Part shown: piece by piece, positions 45,756 to 55,953 of the stretch
How positions within the stretch are numbered: the stretch's first letter is position 1
Layout of the letters: the number at the start of each line of letters is the position of its first letter
Assembly (NCBI GenBank): GCA_017472695.1
Contig: JAFUOQ010000010.1
Location: forward strand, 22,187 to 86,186
Direction: 5' to 3'
Source of the DNA: Clostridia bacterium
GTDB lineage: Bacteria; Bacillota; Clostridia; Oscillospirales; CAG-272
DNA length: 64,000 nucleotides
The notes under the pieces: generated by a model
What the model was told of the DNA's origin: nothing
The model's input: only the letters and a program-made list of their open reading frames with translations
The model's database searches: none
Made by a program: the position numbers and the translations under genes

Positions 45756-46997
45756 ATGGTAAATAGTATTATTGAAAAGCTTGGCACATATGATAAGGAC
45801 GTTGCTGATGCAGTAGCTGCCGAGCTAAAAAGACAAAGACGCGGACTTGAGCTTATCGCATCTGAAAACCTAGTTTCAGAGGCTGTAATGATAGCAATGG
45901 GCACTCCTCTTACAAACAAATATGCAGAGGGATATCCAGGAAAAAGATATTATGGTGGATGTGAGTGCGTTGACGTGGTTGAAAAAATCGCAATTGAGCG
46001 GGCGTGTAAGCTTTTCGGTGCTGACCATGCAAATGTTCAGCCACACAGTGGTGCACAAGCAAACACAGCAGTGTATTTTGCACTTTTAAAGCCAGGTGAT
46101 ACTGTTCTTGGTATGAATCTTGCTCATGGTGGACACTTAACACACGGTAGCCCAGTTAATATGTCAGGCTCATACTTTAACTTCGTTCCTTATGGAGTTA
46201 ATGACGACGGCTTTATTGATTATGACGAGCTTGAGAAAATCGCAAAGGAAGCAAATCCAAAGCTCATAGTTGCCGGCGCTTCTGCTTATCCAAGAGTGAT
46301 TGATTTTGAGAGAATTTCTAAAATCGCAAAAGAGGTTGGCGCTATCTTTATGGTAGATATGGCTCATATTGCAGGCTTGGTTGCTACAGGACTTCACCCA
46401 TCTCCAGTGCCATATGCAGATATCGTTACAACAACCACACATAAAACCTTGAGAGGGCCTCGTGGTGGACTTATCCTTTGCCGTGAGGAATATGCAAAGG
46501 CAATTGATAAGGCGATCTTCCCAGGTACACAGGGTGGACCGCTTATGCACACAATTGCATCAAAGGCTGTTTGCTTTGGTGAGGCATTAAAGCCGGAATT
46601 CAAGGCATATCAAGAACAAATTGTTAAGAATGCAAAGGCTCTTGCTGATACTCTCTTGGCAGAGGGCTTTGACCTCGTTTCCGGTGGAACAGATAACCAC
46701 CTTATGCTTCTTGACCTTCGCCCATTTAAAATTACAGGTAAGGAGCTTGAAAAGCGCCTTGACGAATGCTATATCACAGTTAATAAAAACGCAATTCCTA
46801 ACGACCCGGAGAAGCCATTTGTTACAAGCGGTGTAAGAATCGGTACTCCGGCGGTTACATCACGTGGACTTGTTGAAGAGGATATGGTTAAGCTGGGCAA
46901 GCTCATTAAGCTTTGCGCAACAGAATTTGAAGCAAAGGCTGACTACATTCGCGAGGAAGTTACAAAAATCTGCGAGAAGTATCCAATTTACGAATAA
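45756..46997 (+). CDS. glyA: Serine hydroxymethyltransferase
   Basis: ATG at 45756 follows [13 protein letters not shown] and PLP-lysine block [14 protein letters not shown]. Confidence 0.95.
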   Translation: MVNSIIEKLGTYDKDVADAVAAELKRQRRGLELIASENLVSEAVMIAMGTPLTNKYAEGYPGKRYYGGCECVDVVEKIAIERACKLFGADHANVQPHSGAQANTAVYFALLKPGDTVLGMNLAHGGHLTHGSPVNMSGSYFNFVPYGVNDDGFIDYDELEKIAKEANPKLIVAGASAYPRVIDFERISKIAKEVGAIFMVDMAHIAGLVATGLHPSPVPYADIVTTTTHKTLRGPRGGLILCREEYAKAIDKAIFPGTQGGPLMHTIASKAVCFGEALKPEFKAYQEQIVKNAKALADTLLAEGFDLVSGGTDNHLMLLDLRPFKITGKELEKRLDECYITVNKNAIPNDPEKPFVTSGVRIGTPAVTSRGLVEEDMVKLGKLIKLCATEFEAKADYIREEVTKICEKYPIYE

Positions 46998-47446
46998 TGA
47001 AGCAGGAATATTCTACAAAGCAGAGAGGTGTTATTCTCGAATTTCTGCGTGAAAGCTCGACACACACCTCTGCCAAGGATATTTTAGCTTACCTTAATAG
47101 CAAAAATATCAAAATTTCGACTGCCACAGTTTATAGAACTCTTGATAAGTTTGAAAAAGAGGGATTAATCAAAAAAATGACAATCGGTGAAGGGGTTGGT
47201 GCATGCTATCAGTATGTTGACAGTGCCTCGTGCCAGGGGCATTTTCACCTGAAATGCATTGAATGTGGCGAGCTTATCCATTTGAGCTGTGAATTTCTTG
47301 ACAAAATGGAAAAGCATATTTTTGACGAGCACTCGTTTACTATCAGCTCTGGAAAAACTGTGATTTATGGCAGATGTGCCAAATGCTCTGGCATAAAAGA
47401 GGATGGCTGTAAATGCCACGGTCACAAGGAGCACGATTGTAAGTAA
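46997..47446 (+). CDS. Fur-family metalloregulator (Fur/Zur/PerR type)
   Basis: 149 aa. TAATG overlap with the glyA stop. wHTH (ISTATVYRTLDKFEKEGLI), HFHLKCIECG and CAKC metal sites. Confidence 0.8.
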   Translation: MKQEYSTKQRGVILEFLRESSTHTSAKDILAYLNSKNIKISTATVYRTLDKFEKEGLIKKMTIGEGVGACYQYVDSASCQGHFHLKCIECGELIHLSCEFLDKMEKHIFDEHSFTISSGKTVIYGRCAKCSGIKEDGCKCHGHKEHDCK

Positions 47447-47609
47447 GAAAAAAAGAGCCTTAAAAACATTTTTTAAAAAAATTATTTTTAGTATTGATTT
47501 TTTGAAATGTTTATGTTATAATGTCATTCGCTTATGATTATAACAAATATTTAAAAATTTGCTTTTATGCCTGTTTTCTTGGCGTTTTGGCAAATGATAG
47601 GAGGATTTT

Positions 47610-47909
47610 ATGGAAGGAATGGATATATTCTACCTAGTTGCTAGTATAGTATTACTTATTGGCGCTATTGTTCTAGTGGTTATTATTCTTATTCAAAGCA
47701 ATGCTTCAAAGGGCTTGTCGGGTACTATTGCGGGAGGCGCTGAAACCTTCTATGGCAAAAACAAGAAAAAGTCGGCAGAGAAGAAGCTTTTGGTTGCTAC
47801 AATAGTAGTTACTGTTATTTTCGCAATTTTGGCTCTCGTTGTTTATGCAATGACAGCAACTGACAGTATGTATGGCTTGTATAAGCAAATTTTCGAGCTC
47901 TATAACTAA
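47610..47909 (+). CDS. secG: Preprotein translocase subunit SecG
   Basis: 99 aa with two TM helices. LIQSNASKGLSGTIAGGAE motif. Confidence 0.8.
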   Translation: MEGMDIFYLVASIVLLIGAIVLVVIILIQSNASKGLSGTIAGGAETFYGKNKKKSAEKKLLVATIVVTVIFAILALVVYAMTATDSMYGLYKQIFELYN

Positions 47910-47931
47910 TTTTAGCATTTAATAATACATC

Positions 47932-47969
47932 AAACCGCTTTGGAAATACTAATCCAAGGCGGTTTTTTG
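47932..47969 (+). terminator. Intrinsic terminator
   Basis: AACCGCTTTGGA-N8-TCCAAGGCGGTT hairpin followed by TTTTTG. Confidence 0.8.
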
Positions 47970-48047
47970 TAAATATACTATAAATTGAAATCATTTTGTG
48001 CTATAATATTAATGTAAATGAATGTGTACGAAGGGAGGCTCTCCAAA

Positions 48048-50324
48048 ATGGATATAAAAAGGCTTGTTATAGACGAAATAAATTCGCAAAATTATGTTCC
48101 ACTTTTACCTTATGAGCTTTTTGAATGCTTGTCCTCACATGGGATAGAGGAGGGCGACTTTTGGCGCGCAATCTCTACACTTGAGAGTGAATATGATATT
48201 CAATTTACCAAAAAAGGTAAAATTGCAAGCGCAAGAGAAATGGGATACCTAAAGGGAGAGTTTTCTGCCTCCTCAAAGGGTGGCTTTGGCTTTGTTATGA
48301 CCGAGGATGGTGACTTTTTCATTCCTCCTAAATTTACAAACGGAGCATACCACGGCGATAAGGTGGTAATCAAAAGAATAGATTGCTTCTCAAAATACTA
48401 CGGCAAGGGCAACGAGGCGGAAATAGTTGCTATAACGGAGTTTGGCATAAAAACACTGATAGGCACGCTCACCATTTATTTAAATGGACGCAGACCTGTT
48501 GCATATGTCACCCCAGACAACGAAAGAATTCATTTTAAGGTAAAAATACCATATAAAGCTCTGGGAGATGCCACAGACGGCGACAAGGTTGCCTGCAAGG
48601 TTAACCTCTATCCAAAGGATGATAACGATTTTGCAAGTGGAGAAATTCTGGAGGTGCTTGGCAGAGCTGATTCCTTGGAGGGCAACTATAAGGCGATTCT
48701 CCATTCTAACGGGATAAGCGTTTCCTTCCCACAGGCGGTGCTTGACGAGGCGGATGCTGTTAGCCAAGAGAAAATAGATATATCAGGCAGAGCTGATTTA
48801 AGAGATGAAATAATATTTACAATAGATTCAGCCGATGCAAAGGACCTCGACGATGCAATATCCTTAAGGGTGACAGAGAATGGTTATGTTTTAGGCGTTC
48901 ATATTGCTGATGTTTCACACTATGTCCGTCAAGGCTCGCTTCTTGATAAGGAAGCAATTGAAAGAGGAACAAGCATATATTTCACCGACAAGGTGGTTCC
49001 AATGCTACCAAAGGCTCTTTCAAACGGTATCTGCTCACTGAATGGTGGCGTTGACCGCTTGACTCTTTCTGCGTTTGTCACTCTTGATAAAAGTGGAACT
49101 ATATTGTCCTGTGAAATTAAGGAGTCGGTTATTAACTCCAAAATGCGCGGAGTGTATGCTGAATTTAACGATATTTTAGAAAAAGGCGAGGGTAGTGAAT
49201 TTTATACAAAATACAGACACGTTCTCGACGATTTCTATCAAATGATGGAGCTATACAGAATCTTAAAGCAAAAGAGTGAGCAAAAGGGCGCGATGGAGCT
49301 TGAGAGTGAGGAGCCCAAAATCATTTTAGATAGTGACGGACACCCAATTGAAATTATTAAGCGTGAACGAGGAGAAAGCGAAAGACTTATTGAGCAGTTT
49401 ATGCTCACCGCTAACGAGGGCGTTGCCACTTATATGTACAATGCAGGCATCCCTTGTGTATATCGTGTGCACGAGGAGCCGGACAAGGATAAAATTGATA
49501 GCTTTGCCTTGTTTGCAAGAAATTTAGGAGTTGATACAAGCCCTTTAAGAGCCAAAAATACAATAACTCCAATGCAGCTATCAAAAATACTTGAAAGCTC
49601 AAAGGAAAAGGGGCATTTTTCCATAGTTTCAAGTATACTTTTACGTTCACTTATGAAGGCAAAATATTCGTCACTTCAAAGGTCACACTTTGGCTTGAAC
49701 ACCGAGTATTATTGTCACTTTACATCTCCTATTAGAAGATATCCGGACCTTTCTGTTCACCGAATTTTAAAAGCGTTTTTACACGGCGAAGTTTCCGAGA
49801 AATCTATTGAGAAGTATGAGAGATTTGCAAATTTATCGGCAGAGCTTTCGAGCGAAAATGAGATAAAGGCAGTTCACGCAGAGAGGGACATTGAGGAGCT
49901 TTATAAGTGCGTTTATATGGCTGACCGTATAGGCGAGGAATATGACGCAGTTATATGCTCGGTTACCTCATTTGGATTTTTTGCAAAAACGGACAACCTA
50001 TGTGAGGGCTTGGTTTCACTTGATTCTCTTGGCAGTGGCTTTTACTATGATAAGGATAATTACACCTTGTCACGCGGAAGGACAAGCTATCGCCTTGGAA
50101 TGAATGTCAAAATCCGAGTTAGTGACGTTGATATCGCTTTAAGACAGGTTAATTTTGAGCTTGTAAGAGAGGGCAAGGAGCGAAAGAACGAGACCTTTGA
50201 TAGCGGAAGCGAGCAACCAAAAGGAAAAGAAGGCACACGCTCGCTTGAAAAAGCTCTAGGCAAAAGGCGCAAGCATAGCCGTGACAAATATCAACGAAAA
50301 ACTCATTCAAAGAGAAGAAGATAA
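48048..50324 (+). CDS. rnr: Ribonuclease R
   Basis: ATG at 48048 lies 9 nt after GGAGG. RNB catalytic block (FTIDSADAKDLDDAIS), C-terminal S1 domain and basic tail. Confidence 0.9.
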   Translation: MDIKRLVIDEINSQNYVPLLPYELFECLSSHGIEEGDFWRAISTLESEYDIQFTKKGKIASAREMGYLKGEFSASSKGGFGFVMTEDGDFFIPPKFTNGAYHGDKVVIKRIDCFSKYYGKGNEAEIVAITEFGIKTLIGTLTIYLNGRRPVAYVTPDNERIHFKVKIPYKALGDATDGDKVACKVNLYPKDDNDFASGEILEVLGRADSLEGNYKAILHSNGISVSFPQAVLDEADAVSQEKIDISGRADLRDEIIFTIDSADAKDLDDAISLRVTENGYVLGVHIADVSHYVRQGSLLDKEAIERGTSIYFTDKVVPMLPKALSNGICSLNGGVDRLTLSAFVTLDKSGTILSCEIKESVINSKMRGVYAEFNDILEKGEGSEFYTKYRHVLDDFYQMMELYRILKQKSEQKGAMELESEEPKIILDSDGHPIEIIKRERGESERLIEQFMLTANEGVATYMYNAGIPCVYRVHEEPDKDKIDSFALFARNLGVDTSPLRAKNTITPMQLSKILESSKEKGHFSIVSSILLRSLMKAKYSSLQRSHFGLNTEYYCHFTSPIRRYPDLSVHRILKAFLHGEVSEKSIEKYERFANLSAELSSENEIKAVHAERDIEELYKCVYMADRIGEEYDAVICSVTSFGFFAKTDNLCEGLVSLDSLGSGFYYDKDNYTLSRGRTSYRLGMNVKIRVSDVDIALRQVNFELVREGKERKNETFDSGSEQPKGKEGTRSLEKALGKRRKHSRDKYQRKTHSKRRR

Positions 50325-50333
50325 GGGGTATAT

Positions 50334-51389
50334 ATGATAAAAACTAAAAAAGGATTGATTTTCTCACTTACTATTGCTCTTGCCCTGTGCTTTAGCTTGG
50401 CTTTTGCTATTTGTGTGGAGGCAACACAAACAACAGTTGAAAAACCAGCGCAGGACACAACCTCGTTTGTATATAGCGGAGAGGAGCAGGTTTATACCAT
50501 CGCAGAAAGTGAATATTATACTGTATCAAACAATAAAAGAACTAATTTTGGCGTTCAAACTGTTAAAATTTCGCTAAACGATAAAGAAAAGTATGCGTGG
50601 TCTGACGGTACAACAGACGATTTAGAATATACCTTTAATATCCAAAAGGCGACATATTCAATGAAGGATGTTTCGTTTAAGAGCCAAGCTGTTATTTACG
50701 ATGGAAATGAGCATTCCTTGGAAATAGAGGGCGAGCTCCCCGAGGGAATAACCGTTTCTTATAATCAAAACGTGTTTACCGAGCCGGGAATATATACAAT
50801 AATTGCTTCCTTCGTTGGTGGAAACGAAAATTATAATTCCATTGCCCCAAAGCAGGCACAGCTGACTATAAGAAAAGCATCTCTTTCCTTTGATATTGAT
50901 GAGGACGAGAAGGACGATGTAATAATTTCTTCAAGCGAGGGAATTAAGCCTACAATCAATCTTTCTGTCAAGGAGACTGATGTATCGGACAACGACGAGG
51001 TGCTTGAGCTACTAGAAAAATACGATAAAATAGCTTATGCGTATGACATAAAGCTTATGATAAACGAGGTTTCTGTTCAGCCCGAGAATACAATAGAGAT
51101 AAAAATAAGGCTCTCAAAGGATATAAAAGGCAAGGATATCAGAGTTTTACATATAGGCAGTGAGTCAATAGATGAGCTTGATGCTGAAAAGAATGGGGAA
51201 TATATAACTGTCGAGGTTGAGCATCTTTCAAGCTTTGTCGTAGTTTATGATGATTCTCCTGTGTTCCTTTGGCTTTGGATTGTGCTTATTGCTGTTGCGG
51301 TATTAGGAGTTGGTGGAGTAATATTAATTATGATGCTAAAGGTAGGCAAGGGCGAAATGGTTGAACAAGAGGAGCAGGAAAAGAAATAA
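50334..51389 (+). CDS. Surface protein with MBG-like repeats and C-terminal TM anchor
   Basis: 351 aa with a signal peptide. Repeats of the pattern ..YTFNIQKATY..VIYDGNEHS.. . C-terminal hydrophobic anchor VFLWLWIVLIAVAVLGVGGVILIMML. Confidence 0.5.
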   Translation: MIKTKKGLIFSLTIALALCFSLAFAICVEATQTTVEKPAQDTTSFVYSGEEQVYTIAESEYYTVSNNKRTNFGVQTVKISLNDKEKYAWSDGTTDDLEYTFNIQKATYSMKDVSFKSQAVIYDGNEHSLEIEGELPEGITVSYNQNVFTEPGIYTIIASFVGGNENYNSIAPKQAQLTIRKASLSFDIDEDEKDDVIISSSEGIKPTINLSVKETDVSDNDEVLELLEKYDKIAYAYDIKLMINEVSVQPENTIEIKIRLSKDIKGKDIRVLHIGSESIDELDAEKNGEYITVEVEHLSSFVVVYDDSPVFLWLWIVLIAVAVLGVGGVILIMMLKVGKGEMVEQEEQEKK

Positions 51390-51393
51390 AATT

Positions 51394-51428
51394 TAGCGAG
51401 CGAAGCATAAAAATTCGCTCGCTTTTTA
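51394..51428 (+). terminator. Intrinsic terminator
   Basis: AGCGAGCGAA-N9-TTCGCTCGCT hairpin followed by TTTTTAAT. Confidence 0.8.
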
Positions 51429-51634
51429 ATTAAACTATACAAAAAAGAATCAAAACAATTTTCAATTATAAGTAAAATCATAAAAAAATTAAATAATTAG
51501 AAAAAAATTCAAAAAAATATTCCATTTTTTTAATTATTATGTTATAATAACAATGTGCGCGCTTAAGACGCGTAAACAATTGTGCGCCATTGCGCACCCC
51601 AAAGATAGTCAAATTATTTATGGAGGTACCTTAA

Positions 51635-54271
51635 ATGAGTACAAAGAAGTATGTTTACCTTTTCTCAGAGGGTAACGCAAAAATGAGAGAAATTCTCGGT
51701 GGTAAGGGTGCTAACCTTGCTGAAATGACAAGCATTGGACTTCCAGTTCCACAAGGCTTTACAATTTCAACAGAGGCTTGCACACAATACTACGAGGACG
51801 GCAGACAAATCAACGATGAAATCCAAGCACAAATCATGGAATACATCGGTAAAATGGAAGAAATCACAGGTAAAAAGTTTGGCGATAAGGAGAATCCACT
51901 CCTCGTTTCCGTTCGTTCAGGTGCTCGTGCATCAATGCCTGGTATGATGGACACAATTCTTAACCTCGGTCTTAACGAAGAGGTTGTTAACGTAATCGCT
52001 GAAAAGTCCGGTAACGCTCGTTGGGCTTGGGACTGCTACAGAAGATTTATCCAAATGTACTCCGACGTTGTTATGGAGGTTGGTAAGAAGTACTTTGAAG
52101 AGCTTATCGACAAAATGAAGGAAGAAAAGGGAGTTACACTTGACGTTGAGCTTTCAGCTGAAGACTTAAAGGAACTCGCTTCTCAATTCAAGGCAGAGTA
52201 CAAGGGCAAGATTGGTAAGGACTTCCCAACCGATCCAAAGGAACAGCTCATGGGCGCTGTAAAGGCAGTATTCCGTTCATGGGATAACCCACGTGCTAAC
52301 TACTACAGAATGCAAAATGAAATCCCTTACTCATGGGGTACAGCCGTAAACGTACAAGCTATGGCGTTCGGTAACATGGGTGATGACTGTGGTACTGGTG
52401 TTGCATTTACTCGTGACCCAGCTACAGGTGAAAAGAAGCTTATGGGTGAATTCCTTACAAACGCACAAGGTGAAGACGTTGTTGCTGGTGTTCGTACTCC
52501 AATGCCAATCGCTCAAATGGAAGAAAAGTTCCCAGAGGCTTACAAGCAATTCGTAGAGGTTTGCGGTATTCTTGAGAACCACTACAGAGATATGCAGGAT
52601 ATGGAATTTACTGTTGAACACGGTAAGCTCTATATGCTCCAAACAAGAAACGGTAAGAGAACAGCAGCTGCTGCTCTTAAGATTGCTGTTGACCTTGTTA
52701 ACGAGGGTATGATCACAAAGGAGCAAGCTATCCTTATGATCGATCCAAAGCAACTTGACGCACTCCTTCACCCACAATTCGACGCAAAGGCACTTAAGGC
52801 TGCTAAGCCAGTTGCTCATGCTCTTCCAGCATCTCCTGGAGCTGCTTGTGGTAAGGTTGTATTCACAGCTGAAGACGCAGTTGAGCAAGGTAAGAAGGGC
52901 GAGAAGGTTATCCTTGTTCGTCTTGAAACATCACCAGAGGATATTGAGGGTATGCACTATGCACAAGGTATCCTTACAGTTCGTGGCGGTATGACATCAC
53001 ACGCAGCCGTTGTTGCTCGTGGTATGGGTACATGCTGTGTATCTGGTTGTGGCGACATTAAGATGGACGAAGAAAACAAGAAGTTCGTTCTCGCTGGCAA
53101 AACATACGTTGAGGGTGATTACATCTCACTTGACGGTTCAACAGGTAACATCTATGGCGAGGCTATTCCTACTGTTCCTGCTACTATCGGTGGCGAGTTC
53201 GGTACAATCATGGCTTGGGCTGATGAATATAGACAACTAAAGGTAAGAACAAATGCAGATACACCAAAGGATGCAAAGCAAGCAAGAGCATTCGGTGCTG
53301 AGGGTATCGGTCTTTGCCGTACAGAGCATATGTTCTTCGAGCCAGAAAGAATTGGCGCATTCCGTGAAATGATCTGTGCTGACACAGTTGAGGAAAGAGA
53401 AGCTGCACTTGAGAAGATTCTTCCAATGCAACAAGGTGACTTTGAGAAGCTTTATGAGGCTCTTGAGGGTAACCCTGTTACAATTCGTTTCCTTGATCCA
53501 CCACTTCACGAGTTCGTTCCAACAACTGAAGAGGATATCGCTGCACTTGCAGAAGCACAAGGCAAGACAGTTGACGATATTAAGAATATCATCGCTTCAC
53601 TTCACGAGTTCAACCCAATGATGGGTCACCGTGGATGCCGTCTAACAGTAACATATCCTGAAATTGCAGTAATGCAAACAAGAGCTGTTATTCGTGCGGC
53701 TATCGCAGTTAAAAAGAACCATCCAGACTGGGACATCGTTCCTGAAATTATGATTCCACTTGTTGGTGAATCTAAAGAGTTTGTATTCTGCAAGAAGCTC
53801 GTTGTTGCAGCTGCTGATGAGGAAATCTCAAATGCAGGCGTTGAGCTCAAGTATGAAGTAGGTACAATGATGGAAATTCCACGTGCTTGCTTAACAGCTG
53901 ACGAAATTGCAAAGGATGCTGAATTCTTCTGCTTCGGTACAAACGACCTTACACAAATGACATTCGGCTTCAGCCGTGATGACGCTGGTAAGTTCCTAAC
54001 AGCTTACTATGAGAGCAAGATTTATGAAAACGATCCATTTGCTAGAATTGACCAAAACGGCGTTGGTAAGCTTATGGATATGGCAGTTGGTATGGGTAAG
54101 ACAGTTCGTCCTGACATGCACATCGGTATCTGCGGTGAGCACGGCGGTGACCCAACATCTGTTGAATTCTGCCACAGAATCGGCCTTTCCTACGTATCAT
54201 GCTCACCATTCAGAGTTCCAATTGCTAGACTTGCTGCTGCGCAAGCTGCTATTAAGAACCCACGCAGATAA
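51635..54271 (+). CDS. ppdK: Pyruvate, phosphate dikinase
   Basis: 878 aa. ATP-grasp N-terminus, phosphohistidine motif GGMTSHAAVVARG, PEP-utilising C-terminal CRTEHMF. Confidence 0.95.
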   Translation: MSTKKYVYLFSEGNAKMREILGGKGANLAEMTSIGLPVPQGFTISTEACTQYYEDGRQINDEIQAQIMEYIGKMEEITGKKFGDKENPLLVSVRSGARASMPGMMDTILNLGLNEEVVNVIAEKSGNARWAWDCYRRFIQMYSDVVMEVGKKYFEELIDKMKEEKGVTLDVELSAEDLKELASQFKAEYKGKIGKDFPTDPKEQLMGAVKAVFRSWDNPRANYYRMQNEIPYSWGTAVNVQAMAFGNMGDDCGTGVAFTRDPATGEKKLMGEFLTNAQGEDVVAGVRTPMPIAQMEEKFPEAYKQFVEVCGILENHYRDMQDMEFTVEHGKLYMLQTRNGKRTAAAALKIAVDLVNEGMITKEQAILMIDPKQLDALLHPQFDAKALKAAKPVAHALPASPGAACGKVVFTAEDAVEQGKKGEKVILVRLETSPEDIEGMHYAQGILTVRGGMTSHAAVVARGMGTCCVSGCGDIKMDEENKKFVLAGKTYVEGDYISLDGSTGNIYGEAIPTVPATIGGEFGTIMAWADEYRQLKVRTNADTPKDAKQARAFGAEGIGLCRTEHMFFEPERIGAFREMICADTVEEREAALEKILPMQQGDFEKLYEALEGNPVTIRFLDPPLHEFVPTTEEDIAALAEAQGKTVDDIKNIIASLHEFNPMMGHRGCRLTVTYPEIAVMQTRAVIRAAIAVKKNHPDWDIVPEIMIPLVGESKEFVFCKKLVVAAADEEISNAGVELKYEVGTMMEIPRACLTADEIAKDAEFFCFGTNDLTQMTFGFSRDDAGKFLTAYYESKIYENDPFARIDQNGVGKLMDMAVGMGKTVRPDMHIGICGEHGGDPTSVEFCHRIGLSYVSCSPFRVPIARLAAAQAAIKNPRR

Positions 54272-54326
54272 TAGTAGAGCCTGTCAATAGCTGTGAAACC
54301 AAAATCACACGATAAAGTTTAATAAA

Positions 54327-54357
54327 ATAAGGAGAGGACTTGTTCCTCTCCTTTTTC
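54327..54357 (+). terminator. Intrinsic terminator
   Basis: AGGAGAGGA-CTTGT-TCCTCTCCT hairpin followed by TTTTTC. Confidence 0.85.
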
Positions 54358-54538
54358 AATGCAGTAAATTTTTAAGGAAGAAAAGAGGGCATTACCCACT
54401 TTTCAATGTGTGATTTTTACACACGACCGAGTCCTCTGTCGTACACCAGTACGCCGACGTTGACTCGCTCGTGCATTTTCCCTACCTCTTGAAGGCTCTA
54501 ATCAAAATTGGTGCGTATTGTCAGAAATAGTAATATTT

Positions 54539-54712
54539 TAGGGGGGAGGCTTGCTCCTCCCGATTTTATGTCAGGTGTAAAATTGTACGTGTGACCATTG
54601 ATCACCATAAAAAAGAGACTCGGTAAGGCGGACTTCTCATAAGGATGTTTACCTGACACACGGTAGGGGCGAACTGCGTTCGCCCGCGTGAGACCACAGT
54701 TCCCCCTACGAA
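54539..54712. repeat. REP-like module cluster
   Basis: TAGGGGGGAGGCTTGCTCCTCCC at 54539 (module E type). AAAAAAGAGACTCGGTAAGG..CTTCTCATAAGGA at 54609, related to 56127-56170 on the opposite strand. GTAGGGGCGAACTGCGTTCGCCC at 54663 (module I). An inverted head GTTCCCCCTAC at 54699. Confidence 0.8.
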
Positions 54713-54734
54713 CAAGAAAAAATTGTTCCGCAGA

Positions 54735-54780
54735 AAACAAATAATTATCCCCGACAGACTTTAAAAAATCTGTCGGGGAT
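54735..54780 (-). terminator. Terminator of the GNAT gene
   Basis: ATCCCCGACAGA-N10-TCTGTCGGGGAT hairpin with T-rich flanks on both strands. Confidence 0.7.
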
Positions 54781-54790
54781 TATTATATTT

Positions 54791-55318
54791 TTATAACAAA
54801 AACTCCATATATCTGTCTTGTTTGGTATCTACATATTCAGGAATGATTTCCAAGGCATCTTTACACCCAATATTAAAATAAAAACTCACTGTTTCAACAG
54901 AGGGTATTGCAGAAATGAAAATTTTGTCTGCCTTCAATAGCCTTGCACAGTTACAAATTTCAAAAAACAGTTTTTTTCCAATACCTTTTCTTTTATATCT
55001 ATCATCTACAAACAGCATGGTCATATTGGCATATTTTGCTGTTTTCCCTAATAAGCATCCATCTATAGAACAGAACCCAATTAAAATATCTTCATCAAAC
55101 GCCGCAACAACAAAGCCGCCTCGTTCGATTTGTTGTTGCAAATATTGCGATATCCATTTCTTTTTTTCGAGGCTCCATTCACGCAGAATATGTGTATCGG
55201 TCGTTTTCCACTCGTTGTTGTCATGTATATATGTTTTCGTTATTACTTGATGATGACAAAAATCAAATAACAGTTCAGACACAATATTTTCAATAGTTAA
55301 AGTTATAATCTTTACCAT
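54791..55318 (-). CDS. GNAT-family N-acetyltransferase
   Basis: 175 aa. Acetyl-CoA motif A: VDDRYKRKGIGKKLF. Confidence 0.75.
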   Translation of the reverse strand: MVKIITLTIENIVSELLFDFCHHQVITKTYIHDNNEWKTTDTHILREWSLEKKKWISQYLQQQIERGGFVVAAFDEDILIGFCSIDGCLLGKTAKYANMTMLFVDDRYKRKGIGKKLFFEICNCARLLKADKIFISAIPSVETVSFYFNIGCKDALEIIPEYVDTKQDRYMEFLL

Positions 55319-55379
55319 ATATGCATCCTTCGAATAAGTTGTTTTATCGCCAGTTTCGCCTTTGTATTACAAAGGCATA

Positions 55380-55550
55380 GGGCAAAGCCCATACCCCTAA
55401 AGATGCACGAGCCCTGAGGCTCCCTCCGGGAGGGAGCTGGCGCCGTAGGCGACTGAGGGAGAGCGCGTTACAATGAAGTTAGCGCAAAACTAAAGTCACG
55501 CAGGCTCCTTCCACCGCTAACGCGGTCCCCCTCCCTCTCGGAGGGAGGCT
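55380..55550. repeat. GC-rich hairpin repeat cluster overlapping the DUF559 gene 3' end
   Basis: Perfect palindrome GCTCCCTCC-G-GGAGGGAGC at 55419-55437. GTAGGCGACTGAGGGAGAGCG at 55444. CCTCCCTCTCGGAGGGAGG at 55528-55548, inside the last 14 codons of the DUF559 ORF. Confidence 0.8.
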
Positions 55551-55894
55551 TTTACGGTGGCATCAATATACTCGCAGACACCCCGAAAATTCGTGTTGAT
55601 TTGTTGGTTTGTAAACCGCAAGATTTTCAGATCATACCCTTCAAGTATTTCCGTGCGGAATTCATCCTTTTGCCTGCCTTCTTCGGTATAATGCTGTGAC
55701 CCATCAATTTCTATGATTAGTTTGGCTTTGTGACAGTAAAAATCCGCAATAAAATTGTCTATGGCTTTTTGCCTTTGAAATCTAATTTCATATTTTGATA
55801 GGAAATCGTACCACAAATGATTTTCCTGCGGTGTTGCATTTTTACGAAGATTTCTTGCAAGAGTAATATTCTTTTCGTTGTAATCCAGCGACAT
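55517..55894 (-). CDS. DUF559 (Vsr-like endonuclease fold) domain protein
   Basis: 125 aa. ARNLRKNATPQENHLWYDFL..RFQRQKAIDNFIADFYCHKAKLIIEIDGSQH pattern typical of DUF559. The C-terminal tail (ASLREGGGPR) is encoded by a repeat hairpin. Confidence 0.75.
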   Translation of the reverse strand: MSLDYNEKNITLARNLRKNATPQENHLWYDFLSKYEIRFQRQKAIDNFIADFYCHKAKLIIEIDGSQHYTEEGRQKDEFRTEILEGYDLKILRFTNQQINTNFRGVCEYIDATVKASLREGGGPR

Positions 55895-55953
55895 ACTTAC
55901 TCCTCCAAAATTTTATCGTTTCCATTATATCACAAATCGGCAGAGAAAGCAAA

